Positions 12,432 to 30,400 of a DNA stretch of 64,000 nt are shown one piece after another. A program made the translations under genes and the position numbers. The DNA lies in contig CM102290.1 in NCBI GenBank assembly GCA_046563655.1, positions 10,416,001-10,480,000 on the forward strand, given 5' to 3'. The notes below the pieces were generated by a model that was given only the letters and a program-made list of their open reading frames with translations, was not told the origin of the DNA and did not search any database. Every line of letters starts with the position of its first letter. Position 1 is the first letter of the stretch. This stretch comes from Yuukianura sp. NJ FZ-2021 (Eukaryota).

Positions 12432-13541
12432 AATCAGCAATTGTTGCAGTTGAAATTATAAAAAATTAAAAAAAATTTTTTTTTCTTCCGGAATCTTCTA
12501 AAGAAGAGCGCTGAATTATTTCTTTATGATTTATTTAACTAAATATAATTGAGGCTAAGAAGTCCGAGAACCTAATGGAGAAACTTGGTTTGTGTAATAC
12601 TATTTACGTCTAAAATTATCAGTGTTTCATTATTTCATTGAATTTTCTAGAAAGGTACATTTGTCTCTAAAATTATTTCTTAAAAAACTGCTTATGTGTA
12701 ACGCTGGAACAAACGTTGAAAACATTCGATTTTATCAGGTTACCTACTAACAAGAGTTTCGCTTTCCTCAGTTCAGCAGTGATTACTAGATTCCAAAAAA
12801 CTCAAAACACAAATTTTGGTTTTCACTTTTTGTAAAGCAGTGGTTGTAAAATAGACACACCGAATCAATTAGAAGATCCTAAAGCTAAAAATATGAGATG
12901 TTGTAATGTAAACCCAACAGGAGTCTTTTCCTAATTTCCGAGTTGATGCTTAAACAGTTAAATGTGTTCCCCAAGTTCTCCCAAACTGGCTAGGTTAACT
13001 TAAGCTAAGTTATGTTAACACGGCTAGCTAAAATGACGTAAAACGGGAACTAAAATTTTAAACTATCAACATAATTACCAATGTACCTAAATTGAATCCG
13101 GCATTAGAATAACAAGTCACAAGAGAAATTCAGCTTCCGATGGTTTCTAGAGTTTCAGAATGTTGAGGTTTTGATATTGATGTTCAGTACGGCTGACAAA
13201 AAGTGGATAATTGTGATGAAAAAGTCACAACGTTGTGATCCAGGAAATGATATAATAATAATTAACATAGTAAATAAAAGAACAAGATATTAAATTGTTG
13301 CCAATCGCCCGTCTCTGTTGTTGTCTTACTGTGTAAATCAACTAATGTGAATTTAGACAATTACGAAGTCGGACAATGGCAATTAGCGTAACGTATGCCA
13401 AACCGATATTTCTAAAAGTATACATATATTATAAAATTGTAGTGTTAACTATTAGTGCTTTCAGATACATGATGAAATGTGGGACTTATTCGTAATTCAA
13501 TTCTTTTTCCAATTCTAAAAAATCAATCACTTTCTTCTTCC

Positions 13542-16561
<3,020 letters not shown>

Positions 16562-17651
16562 GACGGTGTTATGCGGTGGCCGGGAGACAGCTAGATCTCC
16601 TCACCGATTGGCATCTATAAAATTAGTACTTCCCGGATGTTGGACACTTTCTATCTAAAAGATCATATACAATTGATGATTTGATTGACTTGACAGACAA
16701 GTCGAGATTCAATTAAAAGTTAGATTCAACGACCTACCTTACTACCAGTTGATCCAGACCGAACATAGGTCAGTCTTGTCTCCTTCAGTTTTCGGAAGTT
16801 CCACACACAAAAACTGAATTTCTACACAATCAAGTTCCACAGATTCTAATTAATTTGAACTTTTTCCCATGTGACGGCAGAAGTCGCGAGCGCCTCTCTC
16901 TTTTCTCCTCCCGTCCGCGATGCCCCGACAACCCACAAGAGACGAAAATGAGCCAATTCCATTTCACTCCCCTCCATTACAACAACGGCCTCGAAGTGCT
17001 GGTTAAAAAAAAACATGATTACTTTTAATAGGAACTATTTTAGTTAAATTAAACTTAATTTAGATTAAACTTTAGTAAAATTACTAAAGGTCCACCAAAT
17101 GCTGGACTTCCAAAGAAACAGCTCGTGAGTTTGGTGGAGTTAAGTGAGGTGGGTTTAACGAAAATCGATGAAACATTTCAGAATTTGAAAATTGTAAACT
17201 TTGAATAGAATTTGATATTCTTAAGTTTTAGGATAAAAACAAAAGAAAATATATTCTCTGCAAGTACCAAGTTAACTTCAATTAAAGCAATTGCTGCTAA
17301 CTGGGTGTTATCTGAAATTCTAGCCAGTTCTAGAAATTGATCCAAAAAATATACTCAATACATCAACTACTAGAAACGGGCTTATTAAAATCAAACTCAA
17401 CAAAGATAAGTGTACGCTTTGGCTAAATTAGGTTAATCCGTAACTTAACGCTGCTGCTGAATGTTGTGAAGCGAAAGTCGGGTAGTCGCCTAGTATTAAA
17501 AAGTGTAATTCTATAAACTAAAGAAGGTCTGTCTAGTAAACTATTTAATTTTCGTAATTTGCATCCGAAAATATTGAATTAACGTAAATCGAAGTGTTTG
17601 AGAATTGCGATGCGACTTAGGAATACAAATCCATCGAGCAAGAAAGTTAGA

Positions 17652-18792
17652 TTAAAATTTTACTTTCCGTTTCTTGGGCTTAACTTGTGCTGTGGGATTG
17701 AATGAGCTATCTGGTTCGTATTCAGTGGATGCAAAGGGATCTGATAGTTTAGCCATTACTGGTAAGTTTGCTTCGTCTTCTTGTCTGCCTGCGTTGGATT
17801 TTGATATTTGAGTTTCAGTACTTGCCTTTGCTGAGGTCACTGCCTGGGGACAATCCTTGGCAAGATGCGTCAATTCCTTACATAAGTTACATTCACCTCC
17901 AGAGGGATAGATTCCTTTGGTATTATTAGGGCACTGACGTGAGATGTGACCAACTTTGGAGCAAATGAAGCATTTGGCAAAACTGAACTTGTCACCCTAA
18001 GAAAAACAATTTGGAATACTTTAGAGCCTAATTCATGGAATAGAAACAGTTTATGAGTTTTATGCTAAGTGGTCACCTTTCGCTTGCAGTTTCTAGATGT
18101 ATGTTCGGTCGTGCCACACTTGAAACAGATTCCACCCTGCGGTTCCTGTTCAATAAGTGACTCTTCTCCAGTTGAAGCAGCTCCAGCAGCGGCCGATGTA
18201 TTTGGACAATCACTCAGTACGTGACCAAACTGACGACATCCATAACATGTCTTGTCCCGTATTCGCTTAGCAGCTTTTTCGGCCCGACGTCGCTCCGTTT
18301 GTAACGCCGCAAGTATCTCTTTTCTGGACAGTCCTTGTGTTCGGAGCTTCTTGACCAGGCCTTGAAGTCTTTTGGCATCTTCAGCTGGTACCCAAAATTG
18401 CCCAAATATCTTCACCAGCTTTGACTTCCCAGTACCTGCAATTAATCCAGCACAATTTTGTGATAATTCCACACCATTAAGGCCAATGGCAAACGTTTGG
18501 TTTTACCTTTTACGTTCTTATTTCGAGAATTCCTTTCTGGAGAACCTTCACTTTCTCCCCGTTGGCCGAGTTCTGTAAAGTTTGCCGACACCTCCGTATC
18601 CACCCTGAATCGTTTCGTTTTAAATCCCCGGGATCTACCAGATTCCGGTCCATTTTCTGATTTACGTTTGCCATCTCTGGCATGCCTCGAATTTTTGGTC
18701 TTGGGAGCTGTCGCCTTGAGCTCATCCCAGCTTGTAGAATCTGCCTCTACACGTTGATGCGTAGATTTACCGAGTCTGGTGTATCGTGTCAT
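17652..18792 (-). CDS. ZCCHC9: ZCCHC9-like protein with four CCHC zinc knuckles
   Basis: Exons 18792-18507, 18435-18077 and 17996-17652 splice in frame. MTRYTR N-terminus; ERRRAEKA before the first knuckle; knuckles CYGCRQFGHVLSDC, CFKCGTTEHTSRNC, CFICSKVGHISRQC, CNLCKELTHLAKDC; GIYPSGG linker. Confidence 0.88.
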
Positions 18793-21411
18793 CCCAGTAC
18801 ACGATAGAATCGGTTACAGTACAGTGGTTGTTAGTAAAAGTAGTTACACACTGTTGTAGAATTTAAAAGTTAGTACAAGTTAAACCACAACCAATACCAA
18901 TACGTTACATCCTCTTACATTACCTTAGCTGACAATGGTTCGTATTCGTAAGTTAGTCGGAAGTCGCTACTAAAGCATTGACGAGGTCACTGATGGAGTC
19001 AAACGAGCCGAACTAAATTAATGATCGGAGGACAGTGACAGAAAACAGAAACAGATGACTTGAAAAATCTAAAAGCACGTGCATCAGAAATACAAATTTT
19101 TTATCTCAAAGTTCCCGCCAGACTCAATTTAAAATAAAGTACCGTGCGTTTTCTAAAAAAGTCGGAGACAATAATACTACTACCTCACAAAGTTGTTTAT
19201 AATTAAGTATATTATGATTACTAATGTACTAACATTAAGTTGTATAAATTATCTGAAAATTAATTCGATTAACATTTTAGAAATCACTATGCAATGCTGA
19301 TGAACGACATAAGACCAAAAAATATTATAAAGTCCAGACTTCCCATGTAATCAAACATCCTTCAAAATTTATTTTCCTATTTGAAACAGTTTTACTTAAG
19401 TTTTGTAAACTAACAACGGTATAAATCCACCAATTCTTATCAAACTCCGCCAATGCAGAATGTAAAACACTCAATTTCTAAACAGTTTCCGCTTTGTCAT
19501 CCTCTGTTGCTGCACGCCTCAAACCAGCCTAATAGTAGTAATAGTGATGTTTGAACTCAAAATTCTAACAAAGGGCGTAACATAAATAGCGTTTAAACTA
19601 AAAAAAACAGCACTCTAATATAGTAATTTTCAATTTAGTATAATAAGAAACAGCTCATATTGATTATGGATTATGGAAAAGGAAAATCAGTCAATCCTTA
19701 ACTTGTACAAATTTAGCAATTATACTCCGCAGCAACATTTCTGTTCCCCACAGCACTTGGAGTTTGCAATGTTTTCCCTTCGCAAAAGTTTCATGCACAG
19801 AATAATTGAAAAACACAAAAACTTTTTTGAATAAAGTACCTCATCTAAAACAGAATAAAGCACAACTAAATTGTAACTGAACAACGCAAGCTAGTGCACA
19901 AGTGTCTCATTCCTCTCAATTTGTTGGTGATTTCGATATCAAAATGATACCGGAAACACTAAAGCCTAAAGTTATTACTACTTTTTTAAAATCTAGACTA
20001 AATGTGTCTAACGTCATGAAAATTCTTACAGCTATCGAAGTAGCTAATCCTCGTACTCTCAAGTTTTTTTTTTGTTTTGAAAACTTTACACAAAAAAGAG
20101 CCCCACACATCGTCCCCAACCAGAAATAGTACACAACTTAAAGTTACTACATGTCATATTTCAATTAATTAGATAAATCCTTACTCACAACATATTTACT
20201 TAACATGTAAAAGTTTAATTAATACATTTTAAGCATAAATATAGTAATTAACTAACTACACTTGTAAATGGTCTTCCGTCCCATATGTCCTTAACTCCTT
20301 ATGACCTTTAACCTTGTTTAGTTTTGATTGCCTTTACTCACATCTTCTTTTTAGCTCTCACCGGTGGTGATAGAATTACTCATAAGTTTCACAAAAATCG
20401 AAAAAAGAAAAGTTGTTTTAAAATTCAGTCCAGTGAGAAATTAGCAACGGATGATGGTGTATGTGTAGGAACTTGTTCCATTTTTTAAATATTTTCTGTT
20501 TTATAATTAGTCAAAGATTTAATGTTTTAGGATTAGTGAAATAAATGTAGTATGTACAATAAATAAATCAAAAAGTCAAACAAAGAAAATAAAGTACAAA
20601 AAAACTTTAACGCTTAGGTACACCATGGCTCTTAAGGACCGTACTAATTACTCATTTTACCAAACCAAAAAAAAAATGAAAGGAAAACACCATTTGATGA
20701 TGACGTTTTGCTTTTTCCCACAAAATGGGTTGGATGGGAACAACAACAAAAAAAAACATAAGAAAAAAAAAACTTAAAAATTGTGAAAATTTAGAGACAT
20801 GTAATGTCTTCCTGTAAGGAGGTCACAAGGACGTTCAGGTTATTGTGACAACGACCTGGTAATAATAGTACATAGCGAATATGGTATTAGCCTAAACTAA
20901 ACAAAAGAAAAAGATACTTAAAATTATATTTCGTATTTCTACGTGCCGCCATTTTCGGTGAACGTCAACGCAGAAAAGTCAAAGAAATCCAACATGTTTT
21001 TAAAAAAACAATGTTTTCGTCAAAATCTTAACTAAAAACTTAAGTAAAAAGCGGTCCTCAAAAGTCACGATGGGGGGTGACGAATAGTGGAATGGTAGTG
21101 ACGACCAACTCAAAGTATGCCAGCTAAATTACTAGCTTATCGAAACCTCAACTGCTTGTCACTCTCTTCCTTCGGACATCCGACTCCAAGATACTTCCAA
21201 TTGTCGTCACCACCACTTTTAGGGAGAAGAGTCGTTAAACATTTTAGCAAGAAAGTTGGTTGACCTAAGTAAATGCTCCAGGCTCCAGGGAGAGAAAGCT
21301 CATTCATGTCAACGGAGTTCCATATTTTAGCAGTAGTAGAAAGAAGTCTCGCACATCTTCACCCTCGATTACTCCACAAAACGAGTAAAGTTGATTCCAC
21401 GACGAGGCACT

Positions 21412-24400
21412 CTAGGAGTGTTGCTTGACGATGATGACGCCACGACGGTGTTGGCTGTTGTACATGACTGCCACTGGTGGTGGTGGTGGTGACACACTTC
21501 GTGATTTCTCGAGAGTAGGAAGAATGAGTTCGGGTGACGGACTGCGGGAGCAACTCGGGCGAAACTCCAAGTTGATCGGTTCTTCTTCAACTTCAACCTC
21601 TTCAGCCACATCTTGAGAGAGGTGGTCATCATCTTCTCCAATGATGATTCGGTGTTCGAGAGGAGGAGAGTGGGCAGCCGTTACAACAAGAGGACTGTCC
21701 ATGGTGGTTGACGGAATTTGAATCTCAACCACGGGCAGGTCCATGGCGCTACAGGGTTGCTGGGGCTGTGAGTGATGTGACTCAGGAGAACTGCAAAATT
21801 CCATTTCGGGGCTAGAGTCAGTGGCTGACGAAGATGAAGAGTTGTTCCGATCATCCGAAAACAAATGGTCACCCTCCAAGTGACGAATAGCTTCAACTAT
21901 GGTTTCCAAATTGTTCCGAATAGTGAAACATCTACAGAGAACAAAAAAAAAACAATTAAGATTCTGGTTAAATTCAAAACAGCCGCTCAATTTCCAATCA
22001 AATCGTGATGTTTTGTTTTAATTACCGCGGAGTCTCGTCATGAATAACTCGGAACAGGGGGTCTTGCGGCGCCGGCGGTGGTTGGTAGCCAGAATCCACT
22101 TCATCGACTTCTTGAACCCTAAAGTACAAAAATCCAATTGATCAATTTACAATCATCGCTTCCATTTGCATATTATTCCAGCGTAACATTGTTGTAAATG
22201 GACAAAAGCTTGTTCGTACTGCTCTTGCTCGAACTTCTGAACGTAAATGGCTTGTTGTTGCTGGAGCAGGGCAATGTGTTCCTCGAGGCTAACACGGTGA
22301 CGTCTCTCTCTCTCCAACTGCAGTCGCAAATCCATTGTTTCACGTCGTAGTTCGTTCAGTTCGCCTCGTGACTCTTCACCGCTCCCACTGTGGTCCGGTG
22401 ACATACTTCCAATTCCTTCGTCTCCAGATTCAACGGCACCTACAACCCAAAAATAAAATTCTCTCAATAATTTACACAAAATTTGACCTATAAATAGTAA
22501 ATATCAGTATAATAAAACTAAATCCGTAATTTTTGACACTTGTTATAACTCCATAATAAATTTTTTGATTATTCATGTACTTTCTCCCGCCCAATTTCGG
22601 AATCCAATTCTATATCGTCTAACATAAATTAACCTAAACGTAATATGTCATATTCATCAGCAGTGTCGAATTTTGGTTCTGTTGAGATCTCTAATTCAAC
22701 GAGAGACGAAATTCGACAAAAGTAAAAGTAAGTTTGTATTTTTGTGAACATATTGTGCCGTTGTACGGAGGGAAAACCAGGAATCAGGTGGAGACGACGA
22801 GGGCGCAACCAAGTATCGATCCACTACCCTACGAAAACCATTAAAAAAACGGACCGGAGAGGAGTGACTGTGGTCCTTTAGTAGTAAAATGTTCCGACGA
22901 GTTGTATTTTGTGTAGTAAGAACCAGCAGAGGCATCAGCAGGGACTCCAGCGGAGGGAAAATAACCCGCCATTTCCCCAGCCGACTCAGAATGAAACTTT
23001 AAGTCCACCCTAACCAAGCAACCGTCCTCGCCCCATCAACCTCCCCAATATCCCTCCCGTGACAATCTCCCGAACTCGGAGAAAATTCGGAGCTCTGAAC
23101 TCCAACTTCGGATCAGTTCGGTGTCGACGCGCCGTCTACTATCGATCGATTGCCGTGGAAACCATAACCTCCAACTGATGCACTCTTCCATATCCCAGTC
23201 AATAGACACAACAGCCAAGCCCAGTTAGGAAAAAAGACGAGGAAGTTCTTGATGTCGTCGTCGTCGCCGCCGTAGTCAGTACACAACAAGCATGCTTAGG
23301 GAGTTCAGCAGCAGCAGACCCCGCCCCACCACCCAGACAGGTCATGGCGAAGAGCGTCTTCATACAAAGTCACGTGCCCACTCACTCCCATTGTTTTCTG
23401 CCTAACCAACCAAACTTTCTCTCTGTCTGAAGTCTGACTTCAGATCATCTGCAAATCTAAATTCTGCTTCTTGCGCCCTAATCCACCTAAAAGCAACTAA
23501 AAACAAAACGAATATCAACCAAATTCTATACTTATAACTCAAAATGAGCGTCAGAATGTAAAATTGTCCAAATTGAACTCAATTATGCCTCCCAGTGTCC
23601 ATGCCTCGTTAAATGCCCGACTTTCCCGCTTATTAGACCAATCGAGTTCTCTCAAGCATATCCGAAAAAAAAAAATAATTTAAGTGAAATAATTTTTGAA
23701 TTTTTAAATTAAAAATATTTCTCCCAAACTCTTTTTTTGGTAAAAATCCGTTTTTGAATCCGGTCAGCTGTTAACCCCCCACCACAACCGGATTCAAAGG
23801 GCCCCTTAAAAGTTCCATTTGTAGCCCACAAAAATTTGATTTTGAGACCCTTAACACAACCAAATTTCCAAAAATAGTAAGTACTTGATTCAATTTCTAA
23901 ACTTATTTAACTAAATCCATCTTTCCGCTTTTTCCAATGATGGTATTTGAATAGCCCAACATTTCCTTTCCTGTCCGCTCTTTCCAGCAGGGCCGAGCCA
24001 AAAACATGCCCTAATTTAGGCCTTGGAATGAGGATTACGTGATTCAACTCGTCCAAAATGGCCTCAAAAAACGGGGTACTTCATCTCTTTCAACGAAAAG
24101 CATAGGCTGAAGGTGCTGTTGAGTAAGAAAGGAGGGCCCTTGGCCTCGCCAAAGGGTCTCCCTTTGTTCTCCTTCCCAAGGTAAGCCAGTGGAGAGAGTC
24201 TTTGGTTTGTAGTTTAACGCATTTTCAGTTTCTCAAAGAACAAAGAAACCAGGGTCCCTTTTGGCATTCAAATGTGGACGTTGTTCTTGACGAAACTGGG
24301 AACAGCCTCTGCTCTCCGCTCCCACGACGTCCCACACAGACACAGTCAGTCAGCCAGTGTAAACCAAACACACAAAATTCAGTTTTTGCTCAGATCATCT

Positions 24401-27400
24401 CTATAGTACAAATTCCTACAACTAAAAGCAAAATCCTATGCCATCGGAATTCAATTCCTAAGTGCTATACAGCACTACTGCCTGGTGAAACTGAATGAGG
24501 AATCCACTTATCCACTGCCTCCTGACTAGTGAACTCGTCTAGACAAACTCGGCCCACTCACACCCTCAAATTTAAATCTAGACCGCAAAGTACATATATA
24601 CAAAATACAAACTCTATGTTCAAAAAAACAAGCCCTATGTTCAAAAATACTAGCCCATCACGTTGAACTGTAGAACGTGAACGGGTAGAATGAGACGCAG
24701 TAAGTGGGAACTTGTACTCGTCAAATTCCTTCCCACTGCATCTCAATTGCACTGCACCGCTCTTCCACGGCTTCTTCATCTTCCAAGGCCTCTTTCCCCA
24801 GTCAGTCACACTTTACTATTATCCCAAGCACGTATTCACGCACTGGCATTGTACTTGAAGCATTTTAGACACGGTTTTTTCAAAGTCCCGCCATGTTTAT
24901 GCTTCCCTATCCAGAAAAACCCTAAGCCAAGGCCACTACTCAAACCGCTCATCCAGAACAACCTGCATCTCCACAACCAAACCAAATTCAACAAAAAATG
25001 ATCATCTTCAAAAAGTAAAATCAAAATCAAAATTCCCACGCCTCAGATGCGAATGACCCCCTAATCCGTCGACGCCTTTCTGTCCTACAAGTTGACCATT
25101 TCGGAAAGAAAGCAACGAGTTTATGGTGCTCATGCCACCAGAAACGCATTCCTATTCCTGGCGTTAGTGGCAAACTGAATAGCATTCCAAGAAGGCGAAC
25201 AAAAAACTGTTGGAGACTGAGAGCGAGAGCAGATGAGCGTCGACTTTACTGGTCGGAACAACTTGAAATTTTTAAGTTTGAGTCTTGAATGCAAACCCCT
25301 TGACTTGACTCAAGTTGTACAAGATGAAACTCTGAAACTGAGGTCTAGACATACCTACACTTTTACTCATACTTTTACGAGACACTCAGCAAGAGGCAAA
25401 GTCAAGACATATGTTTCTACCCCTAGCCTAGCCCACGGGAGTCAGCTGATGCAAAATGAATGAGACAAAGATCATAGCGACCAGTTCATGTGTCGAAGCC
25501 TTCTCCCTTTCCCTGCCGCTCATGGACGGTCACCCATGGACCAGTATTCTTATCATAAGGATCTTATGGGCCAGGATTATTCTGGACGGTAACTCATCGA
25601 TATGAATTCTTATGAATGCTCATCCATGGATGGCAGGGATCAGGGGTGGGGTTTTCCAGGTGGGTAATATTGTAGAGAAACCCGGCAAACCCCGTCCTGC
25701 ACAATAATTAATTTTTTCGGAAAGTGGGCAATATCAGGGAATAATATGAATTTTATAGGAAATTCAAAACGTGTGAGTTAATTTTCTTAATCTATGCGAC
25801 GGTACGCCGCCCTAAAACTTCTGATCAAGTGGATAGTTGGTGGAATTCGACTCATTTGGACATGTTTTCCCAAACCCCCCTCGTCTCATTTTCATTGTCA
25901 CAACCCAACAAATTACCTTCATTTTATAGTTATATTTAATTACTTAGTTTTTGTTTTAATTGTTGACGATCCGAGATTGGATGGTTCATAAATTAGATGC
26001 CAGTTTACTGATTTATAATAGGTTTGAATGTGTCGTATATTGGGATGGAGTCTCAAAATTATATTGCCCATTATTCCCCCTCTTTTCCCAGAAAAACCCG
26101 GGTTTTTCCACTGCCCTGGGCAATAATAGTATTACCCGGGCAAATTCGGAACCCTGCATGGATGAGAATTCTTCTGGACGGTACCTTATGGGCGAGAATT
26201 CTTAAGGACAGTTTTCTGCAGATACACAGAAGCTGACTATACCGAACCTGCAGATATGCATACGTACACATCCATAACAATTCCGGTCCACAAGTGACCG
26301 TCCATAAAAATACTGTCCACAAGTGACCCGCTCAGAAGTGTCAGGTTACGTCTCCCCTTAGGATTTTGGGAAGAAACAAATACAAAACCATATGTCAAGC
26401 CATATCCTCAACGAGTCACTTATTAATTCTTTGTTCCAACTGCTCTTCTCTAGTAGTTTTTTACTTAACTAAAAAAACTTACCAGTACCTCCATCCATCG
26501 TTTTCCGTCTCTTTACTACTGTTGGAGCAAGAGGGGCTTCCACAGCTGGTGAACGGGGTGAGGTGTAGCCATTTCCGGTGACAGTGGCAGCAGCATCAGC
26601 CGAACTCACACTACTTCCCGGCACTGAGGCCAGGAGTCTCTTCAGATGCCCATTCTGGCTCACCAATTTACTCTTCTCACGATCCAATTCGCAAATGAAG
26701 TCTGCCGTCTGCTGTAAAATGGCAGCCTACAACAAATCACAAAAACAAAAAAAAATTAGTAACTATGAAAATCCCAAATCCATAATTTATAATTTCAGAT
26801 TCATAATTTAATAAATTTAAAATTTATAGCCTCATGCACTCAGTCCCTACTATCACATGTTACTCAAAATGAAAAAACAAGTCACGCACAAAAGCGGCTC
26901 ATGCATTTCTTTTGCAACTGAAATTTATGCTGTTGAGCCAACAGTTCTTGTTCTCACAGCATTGCTTTTGCTTTCGATCGTCTGACCGTCAACAACCTTG
27001 TACAGGTTGCCAACATCTCAATCGTAAAATTCGCATCTTCGTACATTAGTCAATGTGAATAAGTTCGACTGACTGTGGATTTATTTAGTTAACTGTTGAG
27101 GTCCAAACCATAACAAAGTGGGAGGTTATCCAGCTTTAGATTTTAACTAACGTGAATTGTGAAAGTCCAAAGTGAAAGGTGCGGGGTGACGGATTATGTG
27201 ACAAAATTTTGTAAACAAAAGTCTAAAATAGAAGCAAAACCTAATACTGCATCGAAGTGGAATCGATATCGATAGTTGCTAATGCTAACTTTGAGAAAAA
27301 TAGTCTGCCACTTTCTCTCAATTTGGGTATTTCAAAATTGGCGGGAAATTTCTTTAGATGGCGCTAAAAAAAAAGAATAAAAATCCATGTCCTAGTACAC

Positions 27401-30400
27401 ACAACACACATGCTACTCAATCCAATGTGTCGTGTACCAATGAAAGAAAATGCTGAAAAATTTGAAAGTAAAACTAAAAATGAAAAAATAAAAATTGGGT
27501 ACGATTCAAAGTCAGAAACTATCGTAAGTTAATGGCTCCTTTTTCAAAATGACGCGGTAGAAACTAATCGTAAGTTGTGCTTAAGCCCGCCAAAAAACGA
27601 ACGAGCGGGAAGTAACTAAAATCTAAAAAATAGGTTGGCGCTCCACGGTTTCCCGCCGCTGCTCAGCTGCTGTGCTGTTATTGACCCTCCCCAGTTGAGC
27701 ACAAAGAAACAAAGCAGTTAAGCATTGAGCAACAAGATGTGTTGTCGTCGTCCTTTGCCCACCTCTATCGCTGCAGATTAATTCAGGAGTTGTCGACCGG
27801 CTTGACCTCATCTTCTACTCTTGGACTTATCGCTTATAACTAACTCCTTGTGGCTAGGATTTACGACGACGGAAAGTGATAAAAGAAGATGCACGTTCCT
27901 ATCTAGGACGTTACAAAACTAATATTCCCTCCGTTTTGAGAGGGAATGAATGAAGGGACAAGATAAGTGACTCTCTCCCAAATAAACAGAGAGGGAACAA
28001 GCAAAAGCAGTGGAAGATGCTGGATGCTGCTGCTGGACCAGCTGAGAATCTCTACAAATGATCATCCGCAGAGGAAGCAGCTGCTTTTCCTTCGTCTAGT
28101 ACGAGATACACATTCCCCGCTTTTATTATCCTCCTGCTACACAACATAAAAATGGCACGAGCGAGGGCGGGCGACCCCTTCCAAAGTCCACCGTGCTCAC
28201 AGTTACCACAGGTCAGTACGTTTTCCCGCCAAAAAAAAACGCGCCTTGATCAAGTCCACCGTAATAATGCTAGAACTCACTTCAGTACGTTTTCCCTCCA
28301 AAAACCGTGCCTTTCTAAAGTCCGTCATGTTTCTACAGCAGTTAGTAACTACCGTAGAAACACGGCAGAAAACGAACAGTAGAAAACTGACCTGCGGTAA
28401 CTAACTAGAAGTTACTGCAGGTCAGGGTTTCTCTAACCCTCCAAAAACCGCGCCTTGCTTGTAGGGTTAGGTTACAGCGCGCCTCACTCAAACAAATTTC
28501 AAAACTAATATTTGCAGAAATATGACAAACAATAGACACTCAAATCTAACAACCAGCAAAATGTTCCGCTATTAACTTTATATAAACTTGACTTATTATA
28601 AACAAAAAAAATCATAATTAGTAACCAGTTTAGACTGCTATGCCTTAACACTAACTAAGCGACGTTACAAAATGTAATGGTACTTTATCAACATCATGGT
28701 TATGATAACGATACGTTAACTCTGATCTCGATCTCAGGCATGGCCGACGTCCAGAACTCCGAAAATGTTCGGATCGGTGATCACTGATCACCTACACGGT
28801 AAGCGCTAAAAACGGAAGATGTGATTGTCCTGAATATTCAACATCCAGTCAACTCTCCTGCCTCTTGTAAAAGGTCCTACAGTGCAAATGGAAACACTGA
28901 AAAAGATGATACCGGACTATATAATGAAAACAGGCATTCTATATGATAATGATTGTCTAATTTCCATCTGGAATGTAGCTCAGTCAGTTGTTTGTTATAT
29001 GGAATTAGTAGACTGGTGAGATAGGCTTAGGAGTGCATGTTTTCCTTAACAGCTGTTCCCATTCCTGCCTACAGTATAGCGAAACCCAGACGTATGCCGT
29101 AGCCAACAGCGTAGTAATACTTGACTAAAATCAACATTCCTAGCCACATTACCCAAAAGCATTAGCCGTTCAGCTCAGCTGATGCGAATGTCCCACATAC
29201 TCGTGACAAAAAACGTCGTACGAACGATACGTTATGATGGCTTACTGAAAGACTAATCGGAAGCGACAGAAACTATTCGACATGGCAGTTAATCGTTTAG
29301 CGAGACATTAACGAACTGACAACTACCTTACAGACTAGTACTAAGTATGACCGATGTACCGGTAATTGAATGAATCAGATTGACTCACCTTGCTCAACTT
29401 CTCGCCCTCCTGATGTGGTAGAAGTGACCGGAGTGACTGGAAGCCGGCGTTAATACTTTGCATTCTTCTTCGTTCATTGGAGTTGGCAATTTCCCTCCGC
29501 ATACGTTTCTCTTGCTCCATCCTGTTAGTTTGGACGACACGAGGGCAGGGGACTTTAATGTAGAGGTCAAATGTCCAGTATCCACTGTACCGGTCAGTGT
29601 TATCCTTCCGAGGGAAAACTAATTGTTAATTGAGTCGGAACTGAGGCGTAGAGTAGCACTACCCACACGGTAAGTTGACAACGGGAGGACCGATTCGTTA
29701 CTGAATGGGAACAAGGCAGGGGAACGTGAGGTTTGCCATGCAGCAGGAGGAGGGAAATGAATGGAGTCCCCTCCCTAGTCACACACAACCAAAAAATGCT
29801 ACTCAAAGTACCGTGAAACCACCAATTCCATCCCCCACCCACTCCCTCCTCAACATATGATCAGTGACGTCTGGGTTTCACGGATTTTCGCGACTTCGCG
29901 TCGAAAATGGATCTTCAGACGTTCTTCTTTCATCTGATGTGACTATTATGTTACTATTACTTTGTTCCAATATAATAATAGATAAAACTTGGACGTATAT
30001 TTGGGTGGAGTAAGGCAGAGAGTGTGTGTTAGAAGGCCATATATCCTCCAATACTACTGGCAGCAACGTTGCCGCATTTTGTTATTAACCAAACCTAAGT
30101 AAACGGCAACAACGCTGCCGCCAGTAGTATTGGTGGAAATATGGGAGGAAATATCCCCCCCCCCTAAAACACGGGTTCTCTGCCTTACTCCTGCCCAAAA
30201 TTTTCTATTTTGTGTCCAATATGATTATGATCAATTGGTGGTATGACAGCAACATGGCAGAAATATTTAGTTTTTATACCGTAAACAGGAAACAATATTT
30301 TCGTCATTTTTTACTTATAAAAATTTACTGGTTTCCGCGTGCCCTCAATGCTAATCAAGCAGATATTTCAAGTTTTGGGTAAAAATATTTCATATTTAAA

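Noticed and set aside
17652..18472. Retroviral/LTR gag nucleocapsid suggested by CCHC knuckles
   Set aside because: It is a spliced cellular gene with ZCCHC9 hallmarks; there is no pol or LTR.
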